From: a virus
Taxonomy: Duplodnaviria > Caudoviricetes
Virus record (IMG/VR): IMGVR_UViG_3300031823_000101
Location: 1 to 27,656 of that record
DNA: 27,656 bases
Strand: one strand, 5' to 3'
Shown: positions 8,279 through 16,456 of the stretch, piece by piece
How positions within the stretch are numbered: the first letter of the stretch is position 1
Layout: every line of letters begins with the position of its first letter
The notes under the pieces: model-generated
Told to the model about the DNA's origin: nothing
Database searches by the model: none
What the model saw: the letters and a program-made list of their open reading frames with translations, nothing else
Translations under genes and position numbers: made by a program

Positions 8279-9862
8279 TCAGGGGACGTTCTTCGGACCG
8301 CCGATAGCTTGACGGCCGGGAATTGCAGTTCTTTTCCCTTGGTGGGCGGCGGCCCTTTTATTTTGGAATCCTGGAACTTGCATGTTGAATAGGTCGTTCC
8401 AGTTCTTGTCGTCCATGTGGGCATCGCCCTTGAACTCGGTCAGCTTTAACTCGTTGAGGTGAATCCAGAGGAGGAGTGCCCTCTTGGCAAAATCGAGCGA
8501 CTGCACGATGTTTCCCGAGCCTGGAAACGCTCCCGCAATACCTTCGGCCACGCTGTAGGCAAGATCAACAAATGTGCTGCTCAAGTCCACAGACGAAAGC
8601 CAGAGGTTTACTCCGTTCAGGGTCTCCGCGAGTTTTTCCATAGCTGCCGCAAGAATCGGCTCGAACTGCTGCGTCAAGTTGGCTTTTGTGTCCTCCCACG
8701 ATTGATCGATACCGAATTTGCGTTCGGAGAACTGAGACAGGTAGGGAGAGATCGCTTGTGATCGCATGAAGTCCAATTGAAGGCCACGAACCGAAAGAGA
8801 TGCCTGCGTTTCCTGGAACAGACTGCTCAATTGGCCATAGCGAGCGGTCTGCTCGTTGATCGACGTGACAAGGGCATAGGTCGCACCCGTCAGACCGGCG
8901 ACTGCCGCCGCCCCCGCAGCGAGCGGGGCTGCGATCGCCATAATGCCGGCGGCTCCCCCGAGTCCGGCTGCCGCACCTGCTCCGCCGACTCCGCCGCCAC
9001 CGACGATCCCGGCCGCACCGCGAAAGCCCATCGACGCGATTTGGGCAACGCGACCGCCGCGACCCATGACAGTGCCGGCCGCCTGAAGGCCGACGGCCAT
9101 TCCTCTAAGGTTTGCCGCCGCGTGGTGACGCTGCAAACGCCCGGCGACGACAGCCGCCCGCCGGGCGGCGTTGGCTGACCTCTGGCTTGCTTGTGCCACT
9201 CGTGCCGTTTTCTGGCGTTGCTTTCGACGTCTCTGACGGAGCAGGTTAACGGCCTTTGCTTGCCGCTGTGGGCTGCCGCGTTGGTGCATCCCGCGAGGTG
9301 TCACGAAACTCTTGATCGGAATCGGCCGTGCCGCCGCTCGCTGTTGATGACGTCTGCGACGGATCAAGCCTAGTGCCCGTTGACGTCGCTGCGGACTGCC
9401 ACGCTGATACATGCCACGCGGTCCGCGTTGTGCTCCCTGTGGCTGCTTTGTCGTCGGTTGCTGGAGCGATTTGTACTGGTCGAGCACGCCCGCGAATTCT
9501 GCCGCCTGCGGGATGTTCGACTTGGCAAGCGATTCGAGCGACTTGAAGACTTCGCCCAAGGCTTCCATCCCGCCGCGAATCGACTGCATCGCCTCTTTGG
9601 CGGACGCTTCGTAGGCGAGGTCGCGTTGCTGGCCGCCAGAGCGAACCGATTGCCGGTAGGCGGAGTATTTGGACTCTTCCGAGACGAGCCGCTGTTGATA
9701 CTGCTTGAACTGGTCAAGGTCGCGTTGAAAGGCACCTGCGACGCCGGCACCGGCTTCAGCGGATGGGCCTGGGCCTAAACCGGGAGCTGCGGCAGGCTGG
9801 CCGGATGGCTGCTCGCCTTCGCCCTCGATGACGATCCGAAGTTCAGGGTTGTCGCCAGCCAT
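8279..9862 (-). CDS. Short tape-measure-like protein, 527 aa
   Basis: Follows the tail tube. Helical, with a Gly/Ala-rich hydrophobic centre (GAAGIVGGGGVGGAGAAAG...) and an N-terminal ELRIVIEG. Confidence 0.6.
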   Translation of the reverse strand: MAGDNPELRIVIEGEGEQPSGQPAAAPGLGPGPSAEAGAGVAGAFQRDLDQFKQYQQRLVSEESKYSAYRQSVRSGGQQRDLAYEASAKEAMQSIRGGMEALGEVFKSLESLAKSNIPQAAEFAGVLDQYKSLQQPTTKQPQGAQRGPRGMYQRGSPQRRQRALGLIRRRRHQQRAAARPIPIKSFVTPRGMHQRGSPQRQAKAVNLLRQRRRKQRQKTARVAQASQRSANAARRAAVVAGRLQRHHAAANLRGMAVGLQAAGTVMGRGGRVAQIASMGFRGAAGIVGGGGVGGAGAAAGLGGAAGIMAIAAPLAAGAAAVAGLTGATYALVTSINEQTARYGQLSSLFQETQASLSVRGLQLDFMRSQAISPYLSQFSERKFGIDQSWEDTKANLTQQFEPILAAAMEKLAETLNGVNLWLSSVDLSSTFVDLAYSVAEGIAGAFPGSGNIVQSLDFAKRALLLWIHLNELKLTEFKGDAHMDDKNWNDLFNMQVPGFQNKRAAAHQGKRTAIPGRQAIGGPKNVP

Positions 9863-9877
9863 GATGCGGCCATGATA

Positions 9878-10378
9878 CTAAACCGCCGTGAAGAATCTCA
9901 GGCCGGAGTTGACGTAGGGGTAGAGCCGCATCGAGAAATTGAGCATGCGGGCGTTGGAACTGAGCATCGTTTCTCGGCTGAAGTTCTCGTCGATGATCGC
10001 CTGACTCCCGGCCAAGTTCGTCGGGTTGCCGATTGCCGGCGTTCCAGTTGCCGCCGTGAGCGAAACTTGCTGTGCGAGACTGCTGCCGACGTCCAAGAGG
10101 CCGACCGGGTTTCCGCCGCCGCCCGTGTTCATTGCACCGAACGCCGACCCGTATGGCCACCACGAGCCGATCGCTGAAGCGTACTCGATGCCCGTCCAAA
10201 GCAAAAAGACATCACCGCCGCGGAACACGCCTTCGATCGCGGAATCGCCGTAACTGTCAGATCGGACCATTTCCTTATTCTGTGTCGCCCGGAGACGGTA
10301 TCCGCTCTGGGATTGGCCGAGCGATGCGGAATTCCAAGAGCCAGTGTAAGCTCCAGCGATGACGGTCGCGAGTCCCAA
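9878..10378 (-). CDS. Probable tail tube (major tail) protein, 166 aa
   Basis: Size, LGQSQSGYRL...DSYGDSAIEGVFRG pattern typical of tube proteins, and position before the tape measure. Confidence 0.6.
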   Translation of the reverse strand: MGLATVIAGAYTGSWNSASLGQSQSGYRLRATQNKEMVRSDSYGDSAIEGVFRGGDVFLLWTGIEYASAIGSWWPYGSAFGAMNTGGGGNPVGLLDVGSSLAQQVSLTAATGTPAIGNPTNLAGSQAIIDENFSRETMLSSNARMLNFSMRLYPYVNSGLRFFTAV

Positions 10379-10380
10379 GG

Positions 10381-10923
10381 TTATGCCCCCTGTGCTTTCG
10401 GCGTTGCCACGTTTGCCGGCTGCGTCGGCAGAGGCGGGACGACAGTTGCGGGCGACGGCGTCACGTCGGCCGGCGGACTCACCGAGGTAGCAACAGCCGG
10501 AATCGGATTCGCCGGGCTGACTCCCGTTGCCGGAACCGGATCACTCGGTACGTTTGCCGGCGGAGTGATACCAAATGCCGCCCACTGCGGATCATCGGCC
10601 GTCGTTCCCTGCTCAATCAAAAGCGCCAGAATGGCCGCCTGCCAAACTGGCGTTGCCCGGCACTTGGCACACGTCACGCCGTTTGCTTCCGGCGTGCATG
10701 GATAACCCTTCAGGCTGGTGACGGTCGGATTGCAGGCAGGTCCCATCGGAAACGACGTGACCCGCTGCTGGCCGTGGTCGAAGATTTTTCCGGTGAACGT
10801 GCCGCCCGTGACCGGGGCCATGAAATGCTGATTGATGCGGTACGACTTGATCTTGCCGATCTTCGCCGCGGCCTCGTGCATGGAAGTCCCGGCGTTCGGT
10901 GCGGTCGGCGTTCCAGTGCTCAT
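10381..10923 (-). CDS. Hypothetical protein with a Cys cluster (CAKC) and a Pro/Thr/Ala/Val-rich C-terminus
   Basis: Tightly packed between its neighbours (0-2 nt gaps); low-complexity C-terminal ~60 aa. Confidence 0.7.
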   Translation of the reverse strand: MSTGTPTAPNAGTSMHEAAAKIGKIKSYRINQHFMAPVTGGTFTGKIFDHGQQRVTSFPMGPACNPTVTSLKGYPCTPEANGVTCAKCRATPVWQAAILALLIEQGTTADDPQWAAFGITPPANVPSDPVPATGVSPANPIPAVATSVSPPADVTPSPATVVPPLPTQPANVATPKAQGA

Positions 10924-11460
10924 TTAGACCAACTCCGCATCTTTTTCGGCTCGCTCGGCTTCGATGAAGTGAAGCGTCTGGGACACACCAGCCCGCCCGG
11001 CATCTTTGGCGTCCTCCGCCCCCCACCATGCGGAGCCACGCGGCATCGGGTTGTCGGCATACGAGAAATGGACCGGTCGGTAAAAGATCGACTGTCCGCC
11101 CACCAACATTTGATTCGCCCGTTGCATGATCTGTGGGTAGTTGCCATGAATCAGACCTATCATCGCACGGGCGGCATAGTCGAGCCGGAAATCCTGATCC
11201 GACGTGATTTCAAGTCCCCACTGCGAAAGCGGGATGTTTCCGGCCCGCACTGAAATCGTGAGATCGATTCCGAAGACTTCGTTCAGCCAGTCGATGTCTC
11301 CGGCAGTGTTCCGCCAACTCGCCTCATGGATGGAAACAAAAAGTTTCGCTCCCATCTGAACAGGAGCGGCAGTTACCATCGGACGGATGTCTTGATCTGT
11401 CAAGCCGAATGTCTCTCGCGTGACGGCGGCGATGGCCATTCTGTAAGCGTACGAACTCAC
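10924..11460 (-). CDS. Putative tail terminator/completion protein, 178 aa
   Basis: GTGA-coupled start; size and position between the gpG-like and tube genes. Confidence 0.5.
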   Translation of the reverse strand: MSSYAYRMAIAAVTRETFGLTDQDIRPMVTAAPVQMGAKLFVSIHEASWRNTAGDIDWLNEVFGIDLTISVRAGNIPLSQWGLEITSDQDFRLDYAARAMIGLIHGNYPQIMQRANQMLVGGQSIFYRPVHFSYADNPMPRGSAWWGAEDAKDAGRAGVSQTLHFIEAERAEKDAELV

Positions 11461-11936
11461 GGCCCCGCCTTCACCAAATACTTCTGCAAAAACGCACGAA
11501 CGCCCCTGATCGACCGCCGCAATTCAACAGCGATCGCCACGCCGCTCGCTTCGCCAGATTCGGCCGTCATCGTAATCGTGATCTGCGACCTGCCCATTTC
11601 AATTGGCTGCACGATAACGTCGTACCCGTAATCGCACAGAGATCCGACAGACCGATCGACGAATCGCCCGCTGTACCGGCCCTCCCGGCTCGACCGCTCG
11701 ATGCGAAACACTTCCCGGCCGTACTTCGTTTCCTTCGATAGCGTGATGATGTCGCCGGCCGTCTCGATGACGTCGGCCCCGGTGCTCGTTTCCAGTTGCT
11801 TCGCGTTCTTTTCAATCCAGCGGCAGACCGTGCGGTAATCGTAGTCGACCTCGATCGTGTCGGTTTGGCGGCCTTGGCCTGCCTGTGCGATCGTGACGAC
11901 GAGCAGGAGTGAGATCAACACGGTCAGTCGGATCAT
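11457..11936 (-). CDS. Exported hypothetical protein (signal peptide MIRLTVLISLLLVVTIAQA), possibly START/SRPBCC-like
   Basis: The ATG at 11936 precedes a classic signal peptide ending AQA. The fold call is a guess from the secondary-structure pattern. Confidence 0.6.
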   Translation of the reverse strand: MIRLTVLISLLLVVTIAQAGQGRQTDTIEVDYDYRTVCRWIEKNAKQLETSTGADVIETAGDIITLSKETKYGREVFRIERSSREGRYSGRFVDRSVGSLCDYGYDVIVQPIEMGRSQITITMTAESGEASGVAIAVELRRSIRGVRAFLQKYLVKAGP

Positions 11937-12027
11937 TATGAAATCCAGTCTCCGAATTTCCATCCAAGCCACGAAGCGAGCACGGAAATGCAAAGGCCGC
12001 CTAACAGACCGGCAATGATCGGGTCCA

Positions 12028-12240
12028 TTATTTATGCTTCTCCCAATGGCGATGACTGTTGAGAGAATCGACGTCTTTCCTCAATTTTTTGTTCTCGTCG
12101 GCGAGAATCTTCATGCCGGCCTTCAGCCCCTTGATTTCCTTCTCGCACGTCGTGACACGTTCCTCGAAGCTTGGCGGGTCCTTGGCGAAGCCGGCCGCGA
12201 GCGAGAGGCCGAGAACGAAGCCGAGCAGTGAACCTTTCAT
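12028..12240 (-). CDS. Small exported or membrane-anchored coiled-coil protein, 70 aa
   Basis: GGAG SD, hydrophobic N-terminus, heptad-like EERVTTCEKEIKGLK...NKKLRKDV. Confidence 0.65.
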   Translation of the reverse strand: MKGSLLGFVLGLSLAAGFAKDPPSFEERVTTCEKEIKGLKAGMKILADENKKLRKDVDSLNSHRHWEKHK

Positions 12241-12261
12241 CGAATCTCCGATACGTATCGG

Positions 12262-12789
12262 TCAGGCTGCCACCTGGGGTCTCGACAGGATAAACGCCAC
12301 TCGCTGCATGATACCCTCGAAAATGATCGGAGCAATCACGCGACGGTAAGACGCTGGGAAGTAGTTGTCCGCCGGCCACGGGAGACGCGGTGGAAGAATC
12401 TGGTTTCCTTCAGCGTCATGCGTGCCGAAAAACACGAATTTTGCATATGGGGCACGGCCGTCAGCGTTGGCCTGAACCGAGATAATGGCTCGTGCCGTCA
12501 ACAGGACTCTGCCCTGAATAGAATCGAGCAACTGCCCGGTGTCGATCAGCGTCAGCCCCTTGCGTTTCTTGGCCGCCCCGCTTTCCTTCCAAACGATCCC
12601 GTCTGAGCCGCGTCTGATGTAAGCCTTGGCAATGAAGTCTCGCTTCACCTGATCCGCCAGAGCCTCAGCGGCATCTTCCACGACGCGATAGGCCCAAGGT
12701 TCGGTGCACTGGATCAGTTCGCGGACGACTTGCGAGATGACGGCCCGCACCTGTCTTGACGATTTTACGTGGACCGTGCGGATGTCCAT
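12262..12789 (-). CDS. Virion morphogenesis protein (Mu gpG / phage tail S-like)
   Basis: LIDTGQLLDSI, PYAKFVFFGT and ILPPRLPW motifs. Confidence 0.8.
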   Translation of the reverse strand: MDIRTVHVKSSRQVRAVISQVVRELIQCTEPWAYRVVEDAAEALADQVKRDFIAKAYIRRGSDGIVWKESGAAKKRKGLTLIDTGQLLDSIQGRVLLTARAIISVQANADGRAPYAKFVFFGTHDAEGNQILPPRLPWPADNYFPASYRRVIAPIIFEGIMQRVAFILSRPQVAA

Positions 12790-12792
12790 TTT

Positions 12793-13359
12793 TCAAGCCA
12801 TAAAACAGGCGTAAGTCGTTATTAGAGCTAGCGTTAGACTCCACAGGTCAACCCATAAATCTGAGGGGTCTAGGAATCTTTGGAAGGCTGAGGTCTGATC
12901 GTTTGATGAGAGAGTCTGGGAAACTCGCATCTTCGTGATCCCAAACCGCTGATCGACCCGAATCGCCGACTCCCAAGCCCCAAGTTCAGACCGCGGCACG
13001 GTTAGCGGCACTTCGCACCCCGCCTCGTTCCGCTGAATCCGCTCCAATTGGTCGATGATCTTGTCGTAATCGGCCTGCAACCCGGATTGGACGGCGTTAT
13101 CACGCCGGATGATCTCCACGCTGGCGATGATCGCACAAGCCCAAGTGACATAATCGTTTCCGACTAGATTGCCGGGATCATACCGCGTGTCGAGGTAGAA
13201 GTCGATCTGTGTCGAGGCTCGGTTGATCGCGTTGTCGATGTCCCACGTCGTGACCGGCGAATTCGTGTCGCCGTCTTGGGCCATGAACGACTGGAGTCCG
13301 GCCCGGCGGAGAATGTACTGGATATGGGACTGGTCGCAGTAGTTGGTTGTGGTGGTCAT
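12793..13359 (-). CDS. Head-tail connector, Mu gp36/DUF1320-like
   Basis: YC near the N-terminus; IDNAINRASTQIDFYLDTRY; ACAIIA; YDKIIDQLERI. Confidence 0.8.
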   Translation of the reverse strand: MTTTTNYCDQSHIQYILRRAGLQSFMAQDGDTNSPVTTWDIDNAINRASTQIDFYLDTRYDPGNLVGNDYVTWACAIIASVEIIRRDNAVQSGLQADYDKIIDQLERIQRNEAGCEVPLTVPRSELGAWESAIRVDQRFGITKMRVSQTLSSNDQTSAFQRFLDPSDLWVDLWSLTLALITTYACFMA

Positions 13360-13430
13360 TTATCACCGAAACCGCCTGATTTATAACCTGATGCGGAAAT
13401 TTTATCACAGAATCGTCCGCTTTTATTACC
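13359..13430. repeat. Four 9-bp direct repeats TTTAT[CAT]AC[CA] at exact 21-bp period
   Basis: TTTATCACC 13359, TTTATAACC 13380, TTTATCACA 13401, TTTATTACC 13422; degenerate TTTGTACC at 13443. Confidence 0.8.
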
Positions 13431-13448
13431 AAACAGGCACTCTTTGTA

Positions 13449-13492
13449 CCAAGCGAGCGGGCTGACTCGTGAAAGTCTCGCCCGCTCGTTGG
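13449..13492 (-). terminator. GC-rich stem-loop (terminator or processing hairpin) after the head genes
   Basis: CCAA-GCGAGCGGGC...GCCCGCTCG-TTGG inverted repeat. There is no U-tract on the minus strand, so an intrinsic-terminator role is uncertain. Confidence 0.5.
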
Positions 13493-13524
13493 CTCCAGTG
13501 GCGGCAACCCGAATTGCGTCCGGT

Positions 13525-13878
13525 TTACGGTGTTTTCGGCGGCACGACTGCGGCCGGCGTCACCGCGGGCGTCGTAGCCTCTCCAATGCCGGGCGTCACT
13601 GCCGGCGGAGTGGTAGGAACAGCCGAAGTCGGTGCCGGCGGAGGTGGAACAACGACCGGGGCAACCGGCGGAGGTGGCGTGACAACCGAAGTTGGAGCGA
13701 CAGTTGATGCCACAACCGGCGGTGCCGGCATAGGAGGCGTGGACGGTGCCTCCTGTTTCGTTTTGTCGGACGGCTTGTCCGGCGGCTTGGGTGCGTTCGG
13801 ATCGGTCCTGTCGATCTTGGCTTCGTCCAAGAGCAAGCAAAGCAGCCGGTGAATCTCTTCCAAGGTCACTTTTGGCAT
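13525..13878 (-). CDS. Pro/Thr/Ala/Val-rich (mucin-like) protein, 117 aa
   Basis: GGAG SD; short helical N-terminus followed by ~75 aa of P/T/A/V low complexity. Confidence 0.7.
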   Translation of the reverse strand: MPKVTLEEIHRLLCLLLDEAKIDRTDPNAPKPPDKPSDKTKQEAPSTPPMPAPPVVASTVAPTSVVTPPPPVAPVVVPPPPAPTSAVPTTPPAVTPGIGEATTPAVTPAAVVPPKTP

Positions 13879-13896
13879 CGCGAGCGTCTCCGGCCG

Positions 13897-14313
13897 TTAT
13901 GTGATGTTCGATCCGAGCGTCCCAAGCGGGTGCCAGTAGGCATCCACGTACAGCACGCCGCCCGTGACGTTGGCCGTCGCGTAGGTCAGGATGATATTGC
14001 TGGCGACGAGAATGTCTTTGAGGGCTGACCCAACCGTGGCCGGCGAAGTGGATTCCCAGAAGTCCCCGGCGATGAGCGTCGTGGCGGTGGTCGGGGAGAT
14101 GATCCCCGACGTGTTCCCGGCAATGCCGAGAGCCATCGTCGCGGAAGTGCCGGTCAACGTCGCCTGGACGTAAATTACCAGATACCGGATGAAGACTTGG
14201 CCGCTGACCGTGAACAGCGTATCCGGCCCGCTCGTCAGGCCATTCGTCGACCCGTTGTAGGTGAAGGTCTTCTGGGACCGCTTGAGGATCCCCGACAGCA
14301 ACGGAAATGACAT
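13897..14313 (-). CDS. Small beta-rich head-associated protein, 138 aa
   Basis: Immediately after the capsid gene, GAGG SD, T/G/S-rich jelly-roll-like pattern. Confidence 0.6.
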   Translation of the reverse strand: MSFPLLSGILKRSQKTFTYNGSTNGLTSGPDTLFTVSGQVFIRYLVIYVQATLTGTSATMALGIAGNTSGIISPTTATTLIAGDFWESTSPATVGSALKDILVASNIILTYATANVTGGVLYVDAYWHPLGTLGSNIT

Positions 14314-14328
14314 GGAGAAACCTCTCGC

Positions 14329-15501
14329 TCAGTAACCGTAAGCGGTCGCGTACCCCGAAGCGTAAGGCACGTAATTGCATGGGAATGCGTTGTCGAGAGC
14401 GAACAGCAGCGTCGCGGTCGGATTCCACTGCCACGTCGTCCAGGCCGAGAGTCCCATTTTGACCACGGGATTCTGATTCGGCCCTTCCGCGATCGGCTCG
14501 GAACCGATGGCCATCTCGAAAAAGAACGGGTCCGGCGTCCGCGGTCCGAACCAGAACGAGCCGTCCGCGACGAGTTTCGTCTTGGTGTAACTCGAACTGC
14601 CGGTGCCGGGGTTTTCGGCCGTCTGCTTGCCCAACTGCAAGACCGTGTCCGTGATGATGAACTCCAGCCACGGCGTGCAGGCGAGACGACCGATCTTGAG
14701 GTTACTCGGGGCCTCAATGGTCCCGGACGGACGCCGCGTGTATTCGGAAAACGGCGTGTTGGAGATGCCGGCCTTCATGGCGACAAAGTCATTGGCCGTG
14801 ATGTACGACCAAAGTTGGGCACCACAGACGATCCGCTGGAGACCGATGCCGACCAAGTTCTGCATCGCGATGTCGATCAACTCGAACTGCGTCGGGATGT
14901 CGGTCGCGGACGAGGACCAGTAGCCCGTGATGATGTTGCCGGCCCCCAGCATATTCAACTGGTTTTGGTTGCCGGACGGCATCTGCCAGTTGTACGTGAT
15001 GAGATTCGTGCCGGACGTGTAATCGATATACAGGTCGTTGCCGTTCGGATGTGCGTAGGCCAAGCCACGCATCATGCCGCCCAAGAGCACGGCCCTGAAG
15101 TTGGCCGCCCGCTGACCCATGAACCGCTGTTGCCGGCGAATGAACGACGTGCCCAGCGTGTCGTAGACATTGGAATTGCCGCCGATCGGCCGCATGTTGT
15201 GCAACTCTTCCGCGGACAGCGGCAGTTGCTCGTGCATACGCGGAATCGTGACGTTGACACGACCGACTGCCTGCCGCGTGACGGTCTTGGCCGCTTCGCC
15301 CGGCATCGTGGTCATGCCGACTGATCGGCTGTTGTTGAACACGTCGTAACCGTGGGCACGATGGCCGACCGGCAATTCGCACGGTCCGCCGGGAGTCATG
15401 CCAAACTCGGCCAAGAGCGGCATTTCCGCCGTCGCGACGCGGGAAATGACCTTGGTCGTGACGATGGGCGAGAGAAGTTGTCTGACTGTCGCGTTTGCCA
15501 C
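14329..15501 (-). CDS. Major capsid protein (lambda gpE / Phage_cap_E-like)
   Basis: AGGAG SD + GTG, 390 aa, position after the decoration protein; PGEAAKTV, IPRMHEQ, WSSSATDIP, NPTATLL...AFP motifs. Confidence 0.85.
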   Translation of the reverse strand: MANATVRQLLSPIVTTKVISRVATAEMPLLAEFGMTPGGPCELPVGHRAHGYDVFNNSRSVGMTTMPGEAAKTVTRQAVGRVNVTIPRMHEQLPLSAEELHNMRPIGGNSNVYDTLGTSFIRRQQRFMGQRAANFRAVLLGGMMRGLAYAHPNGNDLYIDYTSGTNLITYNWQMPSGNQNQLNMLGAGNIITGYWSSSATDIPTQFELIDIAMQNLVGIGLQRIVCGAQLWSYITANDFVAMKAGISNTPFSEYTRRPSGTIEAPSNLKIGRLACTPWLEFIITDTVLQLGKQTAENPGTGSSSYTKTKLVADGSFWFGPRTPDPFFFEMAIGSEPIAEGPNQNPVVKMGLSAWTTWQWNPTATLLFALDNAFPCNYVPYASGYATAYGY

Positions 15502-15574
15502 GTCTCTGACTCCTGTCTTTGTCTCTCAGGTGACAAGCGACGTTGCCTGTCGTCCCGTTTCCCGTCGTCTCGGA

Positions 15575-16387
15575 TTAGGTGATGGTCAAAGTGGTCGCGT
15601 TGACGCTGTACTGGCGGAACAGCCAGACGTAATTGGTGCCGTCGAAAATGCTGAGGAAATCGACGTAGGCACCGCGTTCATGCGAGGTCGTGTTGAACGC
15701 GACGTTGTTCGATGCGATGGCGTTGTCGGAGTAGATGTTGGCGCCTTCCGACGAACTGATTTCCATCACCTGCTGGGCACGGTTGACGAAGCCGAAGTAG
15801 TACCCGTAACCGAGCGGAGTCGTGATGGCCGGCAGTGTGAAAACGGTCGTCAAGCTGCCGTTGGCGACGAACAGCGTGCCTTGATCGGACGACAGCAATT
15901 GGTAACTCGCCGTCTTGGGAATCACGCATTTGTACGGGAAGTAACTGAACTGCTGCGGCAAGTCGTCGTCGAAGATGAACCGGCCACGCATTTGGCTGCG
16001 GGCCTGCTGGTCAAGACCGATGATCGTGGTCGACTTCACGGGGCCACCGACGAGCACCGCACACGCCCGCGACTGATCCGCATTCGAGTACGGGTCAAGC
16101 ATGTCGAGGTCGATCGCCAGAATGGCCGTGGCGATTTCGGTCCCATCGACCGCCGTACCGCTGTATTGCAGGTAGTTGTTGGACGACGTCTGAAAACCAA
16201 GCAAGAGGCCGGGCCGCAAGAACGTGGTGGGCGTGTTGCCGGCGTCGACCGTGGCGGAGTTGATGACGCCGTAATCCCACAGGAACGGCCCGAAGAATCC
16301 GCCCCAGCCGATCGTCCCTTCGATCGACTGATAGATGTCGGTCTGGCCCGGAATGTTATAGGAGCCGAATCCGCCTGCTGTCGACAT
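15575..16387 (-). CDS. Head decoration protein (gpD-like) with a C-terminal beta-rich extension
   Basis: LRPGLLLG...Y...DGTEIATAIL motif; C-terminal KTASYQLLSSDQG...FTLPA domain; lies between scaffold and capsid genes. Confidence 0.75.
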   Translation of the reverse strand: MSTAGGFGSYNIPGQTDIYQSIEGTIGWGGFFGPFLWDYGVINSATVDAGNTPTTFLRPGLLLGFQTSSNNYLQYSGTAVDGTEIATAILAIDLDMLDPYSNADQSRACAVLVGGPVKSTTIIGLDQQARSQMRGRFIFDDDLPQQFSYFPYKCVIPKTASYQLLSSDQGTLFVANGSLTTVFTLPAITTPLGYGYYFGFVNRAQQVMEISSSEGANIYSDNAIASNNVAFNTTSHERGAYVDFLSIFDGTNYVWLFRQYSVNATTLTIT

Positions 16388-16456
16388 CTTTGCTCTCCCC
16401 GAACCGGACTGCTCTCGTTAAACCGCTTGATTCCGGGCACCCGTCCGCGACGGCTG

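Noticed and set aside
13359-13450. Repeat array as a mini-CRISPR
   Set aside because: 9-bp repeats with 12-bp spacers are far too short, and there are no cas genes.
13178-14671. 497-aa minus-strand ORF spanning capsid to connector
   Set aside because: Alternative-frame overlap of four well-supported genes and an intergenic repeat region.
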